In this document: one piece after another, positions 58,580 to 64,000 of the stretch
How the letters are laid out: every line of letters starts with the position of its first letter
Position numbering within the stretch: position 1 is the stretch's first letter
Notes under the pieces: generated by a model
The model's input: only the letters and a program-made list of their open reading frames with translations
Told to the model about the DNA's origin: nothing
Database searches by the model: none
Assembly: GCA_009784525.1 (NCBI GenBank)
Contig: WRBM01000005.1
Location: 5,509 to 69,508, forward strand
DNA length: 64,000 nt
Source of the DNA: Erysipelotrichales bacterium
GTDB taxonomy: Bacteria > Bacillota_I > Bacilli_A > Acholeplasmatales > WRBM01
Direction: 5' to 3'
Translations under genes and position numbers: made by a program

Positions 58580-59197
58580 TTAACCTACGATAGTCTGATA
58601 AGCAATATATGTGCCACAAACTGAAAAGCCAATGGCTTTCACCATTTCAAGTTCTGTTAAATTATTTTCATCAACCATTTGCAGTATACTAGTTTTTCCT
58701 GCTTCAATGGCTGATTTTACAGCTTCAGAAATTAATGATTTACCCAGATTTGGACAATTGGTTTCAACCGCATAAATCTCTGCAATTTCCACACCAAGTC
58801 TCATTAATACATAATTATTTTCATGTTTATAAATAAGCCATTTTTTAAAATCATTTCTTATCCTCTCACTAGTCCAATACATTGCTGGATTAAGTTTATC
58901 ATGCAAGTTTGCAAACTCATTAAAGTTATCTTCTGTCACAAGTTCTAACTTATGTTTGCTAATCGGCTTATAATTTTCTGGATATAGTCTTGTTTCTAAG
59001 CAAGATTCAAGCATTGTTGCTTTAATTTCCAGCATATAATCAATTGGAACATCACAATTATGAAAACAGAAATCAATTTTAAAACCTCGATATTTATCGA
59101 TTATATCTTGCCAAAAGATTTGGAAAGCCTCTTTATTATCCATATTAAGTTCATTAACTTGCATATGATTCTCTGTTTCCCAAACGAATATTTCCAT
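58580..59197 (-). CDS. hypothetical protein, possibly GNAT-fold acetyltransferase
   Basis: The C-terminal half (IAEIYAVETNCPNLGKSLISEAVKSAIEAGKTSI) resembles the GNAT acetyl-CoA binding region. The match is weak. Confidence 0.4.
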   Translation of the reverse strand: MEIFVWETENHMQVNELNMDNKEAFQIFWQDIIDKYRGFKIDFCFHNCDVPIDYMLEIKATMLESCLETRLYPENYKPISKHKLELVTEDNFNEFANLHDKLNPAMYWTSERIRNDFKKWLIYKHENNYVLMRLGVEIAEIYAVETNCPNLGKSLISEAVKSAIEAGKTSILQMVDENNLTELEMVKAIGFSVCGTYIAYQTIVG

Positions 59198-59239
59198 GTT
59201 GCTCTCCTTACCTAAAAAATACTACACCTATACAACTTT

Positions 59240-60577
59240 CTATTTACCTAAACAAAAGTTCGCAAACATCTTATCGAGAAAATCAAGATTATAGTTTTCG
59301 CCTGTAATTTCTTTAAGCACATCTAAAGCACTATTCAAACTAAAAGCGACTAATTCTAAGCTATTATTTTTGTTAATTAATTCTTTGGCTTGTTCAAGAG
59401 CTTCAAGAACTTTTTCCAATCGACTAATGTGAAAGACGTTAGATAAATAACAAAGGTCGTCATTAATTTTCAGGTCAAGAGCACTTTTCATTTTATTTTC
59501 CAAGTCAGCAAGATTGCTTTCTTTGACTGCGGATAATAAAATAATATTTTCTCCCTTTAATTTAGGCTTAGCGTTTAAATCTTTCTTATTTAAAACAATG
59601 ATTCTTTTTTTAGTTTCTGTTAGTTTTAAGATTTCTTCATCTTCTTTTGTTAAGACTTTTGAGTTATCAAAAACAGTCAGAATTAAATCAGCATCTGCGA
59701 TTAACTTCTTAGTTTTTTCGATCCCGATTTTTTCTACAGGATCATTAGTTTGATGCACACCGGCACTATCCAAAAGTCTTATTTTTAATCCTGCAAGATA
59801 AAACATCCCCTCAACAACATCTCTGGTCGTTCCGGGAATATCAGTAACAATCGCTTTATCTTCGGCAATTATTGCGTTAAGCAGACTACTTTTTCCAACA
59901 TTTGGCTTTCCTAAAATTAAAACTTTAAGTCCATTTTTAATTAAGATACCTTTGTGGGCATTCTGAATAATAGCTTCAGTCTCCTCAATTAACTTATTAA
60001 TTTCCGGTAAGGCGATTTCATTTGTTACTAAATAATCATCATCATATTCCGGATAGTCAATTGAAACATTAATCTTCGTATAAAGCATTAAAATTCTTTC
60101 ATAGAATTCTTTAATCATTTGTGAGGTTTTGCCAAATAACTGATTATTAGCTAATTTCAATGACTCAGCACTATCAGCATTAATAATATCATTAATTGCT
60201 TCCGCTTTCAGGATATCGATGCGACCATTTAAAAAAGCCCTCTTAGTGAATTCACCTCTTTCTGCCGGTTTGATTCCTTGATTTAAAACTAGTTTAAAAA
60301 TTAAACCTGTTATATAACTTCCGCCATGACAATTAATTTCCAGCATATCTTCACCTGTAAAGGATTTCGGGGCTTTGAATACTGAGATCATAACTTCATC
60401 GAGTTTTTTGTTGCCATCTTTAATAAAACCATATTGAATTGTATTAGGAAGCGCCTTAACTAAATTGCCAGTAAAAATTTTATCAATTTTTTCGATAGCT
60501 TCTTGACCGCTAATCCTGATGATAGCAATTGCGCCTTGACCTAAAGCAGTAGAAATATTAGCTACAGTGTGCCTCAT
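59240..60577 (-). CDS. mnmE: tRNA modification GTPase MnmE
   Basis: G1 motif GKPNVGKSSLLNA and the C-terminal CLGK tetrapeptide. Confidence 0.95.
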   Translation of the reverse strand: MRHTVANISTALGQGAIAIIRISGQEAIEKIDKIFTGNLVKALPNTIQYGFIKDGNKKLDEVMISVFKAPKSFTGEDMLEINCHGGSYITGLIFKLVLNQGIKPAERGEFTKRAFLNGRIDILKAEAINDIINADSAESLKLANNQLFGKTSQMIKEFYERILMLYTKINVSIDYPEYDDDYLVTNEIALPEINKLIEETEAIIQNAHKGILIKNGLKVLILGKPNVGKSSLLNAIIAEDKAIVTDIPGTTRDVVEGMFYLAGLKIRLLDSAGVHQTNDPVEKIGIEKTKKLIADADLILTVFDNSKVLTKEDEEILKLTETKKRIIVLNKKDLNAKPKLKGENIILLSAVKESNLADLENKMKSALDLKINDDLCYLSNVFHISRLEKVLEALEQAKELINKNNSLELVAFSLNSALDVLKEITGENYNLDFLDKMFANFCLGK

Positions 60578-61407
60578 GATACAGTTACGTTAGTAGCTAT
60601 CAAATAAATTAAAATAATAAAAGCTACAAGAAAGCGATAATACATAAAGACCTTAAAATCATTTTTACGGATATATCTTAATAAAAAACCAATCACGAAA
60701 AGACCAACAAGAAACGATACAATAATTCCAATTGCAAATGTAGGGATATTATTTCTGACTAATTCAATACTTTCTCTTCGCACCATCGTAAAAATAAAGG
60801 CTCCTAAAACTAAAGGCAGCGACATATAAAAGGAAAATTTAGCCGCATCCGCTCTTTTAAGTCGGGCTATCCGGCCAGCAGTAATTGTCGTTCCTGAGCG
60901 AGAAAAGCCCGGAATTAAGGCAAAGACTTGCATAAAGCCAATTAAACAAGCATTTTGAATACTTATATCTTCAATACCTTTATCCTGTGGGGTCTTGATG
61001 TCAACTTGATACATAACGATTCCCATAAAAACTAAACCTAAGGCGATTATTAATAAATTATCGCGTATTATTCCATCAATAATATCCTCAAATAAAATAC
61101 CAGCAATCGCTGCAGGGATAATACCGATTAAAACCATCAATAGCAATCTTCTTTCTTTTACGCCCTCTTTTTTGATTGCCCCTTTTCCTAGAGCCAAAAA
61201 CTCTTTAAAGAAAAATACCAAGATTGCCAGAAAAGTTCCAAAATGCAAGGCAACATCAAAAATGAGATTTTTTTCAGATCCAATTTGAAAAATTTCCCGA
61301 AAAATAATTAAATGTGCGCTTGAAGATATTGGTAAAAACTCTGTAATACCTTGGACAATCGCCAGGAAAATAACTTCTAATATTCTGATTATAGCGTCCA
61401 TATTCAT
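60574..61407 (-). CDS. uppP: undecaprenyl-diphosphate phosphatase
   Basis: AIVQGITEFLPISSSAHL and PGFSRSG motifs of BacA/UppP. Confidence 0.95.
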   Translation of the reverse strand: MNMDAIIRILEVIFLAIVQGITEFLPISSSAHLIIFREIFQIGSEKNLIFDVALHFGTFLAILVFFFKEFLALGKGAIKKEGVKERRLLLMVLIGIIPAAIAGILFEDIIDGIIRDNLLIIALGLVFMGIVMYQVDIKTPQDKGIEDISIQNACLIGFMQVFALIPGFSRSGTTITAGRIARLKRADAAKFSFYMSLPLVLGAFIFTMVRRESIELVRNNIPTFAIGIIVSFLVGLFVIGFLLRYIRKNDFKVFMYYRFLVAFIILIYLIATNVTVS

Positions 61408-61411
61408 TCCC

Positions 61412-64000
61412 CTATTCTTTTAATAATGCTATTAATTCTGAAGTTGATAAATTATTAAGAAATTCCGAGTCATCGGTTAATATATCATTAACAAGAGCAT
61501 TTTTTCGTTGCTGAAGTTCAATTATTTTATCTTCAATTGAATCCTGAACGATTAACTTAATAACTTCAACTTTGTTTTTTTGTCCGATTCGATGACTACG
61601 ATCAGTTGCTTGATTTTCGACACTTAAGTTCCACCACGGATCATAATGAATCACAACATCCGCTCCCGTTAAATTTAAACCAACTCCACCAGTTTTTAAG
61701 GAAATCAAAAAGACTAATGGCTCTGGATGGTTATTAAAATCTTCTGTCAATCGCAACCGGTCGCTACTTTTTGTTTCACCAGTCATTTTATAATATTCAA
61801 TTCGTCTTTCCTTTAATCGCTTTTCGATTAGCGTAAGCATTGATGAGAAAAAAGAAAATAATAATATTTTATGTCCAGCCTGAAGATAACCCTCAATTAA
61901 TTCAAGCGCTAATTCTAATTTCGCGGATTCATCGCTATAATCTTCCAAAAGTAACTCTGGACTAGCACAAATCTGACGTAATTTTGTAATCAAAGAAAGA
62001 ACATAAATGTAGTTTTCATCTTTGGAAAGTGACTCTCTTAACTTCCAAAGATAAGATTCATAAACTTTTCTTTGCTTAACATCCATTTTCGCATAATAAA
62101 TTGATTCCATTTTTTCCGGAAGTTCTGATAATACTTGTTTTTTTGTGCGTCTTAAAATAAATGGAGCAATCCTTTTTTTAAGATTGTTTAAGACAGTTTT
62201 ATTATTTTCACGAACAATTTCCATTTCATATTTTTCTCGGAATTCTATGTAGCTACCTAAATATCCAGGAACAATAAAATCAAAAATACTCCAAAGGTCT
62301 GCCAGATAATTTTCAACAGGCGTACCTGTTAAAGCAAATCGAAGATCACTTTTAATAGTTTTAACGGCATTTGCTTTTTGTGTATTATAATTTTTAATGT
62401 GTTGTGCTTCATCAATAATCATAAAGCGAAATTCCTTTTGAGCAAATTTTTCTACATCTACTCGCAAAATATCATAACTTATTATATAAATCGTTTCGTT
62501 TTTGATATTTTTGATGATATTGTTTCTTTCATTAGAAAGGCCATATACCACAACAACCTCTAACTCTGGCGCAAAACGCTTAAATTCATTGGCCCAGTTA
62601 AATATAAGTGATCCTGGACAAACAATTAAAGATGCCTTTTCTGAAGTATCTTGACTTATTAAAGTAATAGCTTGGATTGTTTTTCCTAAACCCATATCAT
62701 CAGCTAAAATTCCACCATAGCCAAACTCCGTTAAAGTTTTAAGCCATTGAAAACCTTCAATCTGATAATTTTTAAGTATTTCTGCTAGTTTTGGTTTTAT
62801 TTCATATGAGGCATTAGCGTAGTTCTTAATTTTTTCAAGAAAATCGGTTATTTTTTCATCAAAAGTAAACTCAAGATAATGATAATCCTCTTTTAAATGA
62901 GCTAGATAATAAAGATTAAAGGTTGGCACATTTGAAAAGTTATCAATCTTCAGTTCAGAAAGCAGCTTATCAACTTCTATAAATGTTTTATCATGAAGGG
63001 CCAATATCTCATTATTCTTTAGCAAATGATATTTTTTCTTTTCCCGAAAACTTTTTAAAGCATCTACTAACTCTTCTGGCGAAAAGTCAAATCCCTCAAA
63101 TGCAATATCAAGCATATTTCCTGAATAGCCAATATTCATTTTAACACTATAAGCTTTCCTGATTTTTTCTTTGATGTTGACTAAGGTGTCACTAACATAG
63201 ATTTCTCCAAATTCCCGCAAGCCTTTTTCAAACTCCGAAAAATCATCGATTATTTTATCAAAGTTTTTCGTCTTGTAATTATTCCTTTTGTCAAATCCAT
63301 AGCTTTGAATCAAACGCAGGTACTTTTTTTCTTGAAGAAAGTCACGCAAAAAATCTTTATCTTCACCTTCTTTAAACTTTTCCCCATTATATAAAAAATC
63401 AAATTTCAAGAATAATTCCTCATCAAAATCCAAATACGTTATGACAGTGAAATTCTTTAGTCCGAATTTTTTCAAAAATTCATGATTAATATTAACTTTA
63501 TCTTTTATCAAAGGTAAGATTTTAAGATAAAAGTTTTCGGATTTATCCTTGTTAATCTCAATTATACCTTTTTGTCGAAGTAAAGACTGAAACAAAGGAA
63601 AGACTAAATTCTGATCATCTTTTGAGAGTTTTGTTAAATAATTTTTATAGCCAAAATATAAATGATGGGCTGTCTTAAAATAAACAAAATCACGAACGGA
63701 ATCTGAAAGTTTAATCGCTTCTTCGTTAAAATGGATATTGAATGTAGGGTCTTTATCTAAATTAATTAATAAATCATATTCCCGCCCTTCGTAATAAAAA
63801 ATCGCATTTTGTTTGTTTAAACTATTAAGCAGAAAATCTAATTCTATCGGAGAAATGCAGATAATTTTTTTAATATAACCTATCCTTGAACTATTAGGAA
63901 TATGCAAAGTATCATCACCATTTACAATATCCGTTAAAAATTCAATGATTTTTTTCCCACGATCGGTAAAAATATCTAAGCGATGAATAAAAGTTAGATT
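61412..64000 (-). CDS. SNF2-family helicase (N-terminus beyond window edge)
   Basis: Motif I LADDMGLGKT and motif II IIDEAQHIKN, with a C-terminal helicase domain. The reading frame stays open upstream of the TTG at 63907 to the window end. Confidence 0.85.
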   Translation of the reverse strand, partial: NLTFIHRLDIFTDRGKKIIEFLTDIVNGDDTLHIPNSSRIGYIKKIICISPIELDFLLNSLNKQNAIFYYEGREYDLLINLDKDPTFNIHFNEEAIKLSDSVRDFVYFKTAHHLYFGYKNYLTKLSKDDQNLVFPLFQSLLRQKGIIEINKDKSENFYLKILPLIKDKVNINHEFLKKFGLKNFTVITYLDFDEELFLKFDFLYNGEKFKEGEDKDFLRDFLQEKKYLRLIQSYGFDKRNNYKTKNFDKIIDDFSEFEKGLREFGEIYVSDTLVNIKEKIRKAYSVKMNIGYSGNMLDIAFEGFDFSPEELVDALKSFREKKKYHLLKNNEILALHDKTFIEVDKLLSELKIDNFSNVPTFNLYYLAHLKEDYHYLEFTFDEKITDFLEKIKNYANASYEIKPKLAEILKNYQIEGFQWLKTLTEFGYGGILADDMGLGKTIQAITLISQDTSEKASLIVCPGSLIFNWANEFKRFAPELEVVVVYGLSNERNNIIKNIKNETIYIISYDILRVDVEKFAQKEFRFMIIDEAQHIKNYNTQKANAVKTIKSDLRFALTGTPVENYLADLWSIFDFIVPGYLGSYIEFREKYEMEIVRENNKTVLNNLKKRIAPFILRRTKKQVLSELPEKMESIYYAKMDVKQRKVYESYLWKLRESLSKDENYIYVLSLITKLRQICASPELLLEDYSDESAKLELALELIEGYLQAGHKILLFSFFSSMLTLIEKRLKERRIEYYKMTGETKSSDRLRLTEDFNNHPEPLVFLISLKTGGVGLNLTGADVVIHYDPWWNLSVENQATDRSHRIGQKNKVEVIKLIVQDSIEDKIIELQQRKNALVNDILTDDSEFLNNLSTSELIALLKE

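Noticed and set aside
1-64000. Alternative genetic code (UGA=Trp), considered because of the AT-richness and Mollicutes-like feel of some genes.
   Set aside because: Trp is encoded by TGG throughout. Well-conserved genes are full length under the standard code. TGA serves as a stop codon, for example in the bofA-like ORF.
1-64000. CRISPR arrays, rRNA genes, and intact IS elements, integrases or prophage blocks.
   Set aside because: A by-eye scan of all intergenic gaps found no regularly spaced direct repeats and no rRNA-like sequence. The only mobile-element trace is the TnpB-like fragment.

Overview
AT-rich chromosomal segment that uses the standard genetic code and looks like a low-GC, spore-forming Bacillota-type genome. 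Support for that: spoIIE-tilS-hpt-ftsH synteny, dnaX-ybaB-recR with a nearby bofA, a cwlD-like amidase, murA and uppP. Almost all genes are on the minus strand. The housekeeping backbone includes rpsL-rpsG-fusA-tuf, tsaEB-rimI-tsaD, pgi, ispDF, rpmE, mnmE, an SNF2 helicase and an iron/siderophore-type ABC operon. Two accessory regions stand out. (1) Region 3.4-12.1 kb lies next to tRNA-Arg(ACG). It carries a four-gene fic-hsdM-hsdS-hsdR operon with 4-nt overlaps, driven by a perfect consensus promoter, plus a stand-alone DUF4143-type AAA ATPase. (2) Region 21.4-30.1 kb is an RHS/YD-repeat polymorphic-toxin locus. Its 1605-aa RHS protein has no recognisable secretion signal or trafficking domain. 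It is translationally coupled to an upstream Mur-ligase-like gene and is preceded by two paralogous small proteins, one of them an unlisted 52-aa ORF. Downstream come a multi-TM immunity-like gene, a decayed orphan copy (about 100 bp) of the toxin-junction sequence, and a frameshift-split secreted protein. I consider locus (2) the best candidate for an undescribed system. Other observations: an unlisted 58-aa bofA-like ORF, a degenerate TnpB/IS605-like fragment between spoIIE and tilS, tandem palindromic operator-like sites upstream of the iron ABC operon, and several probable non-canonical or mis-set start codons. No CRISPR array, rRNA gene or intact transposase or integrase was seen. All calls come from reading the translations and the DNA by eye; no database search was run.
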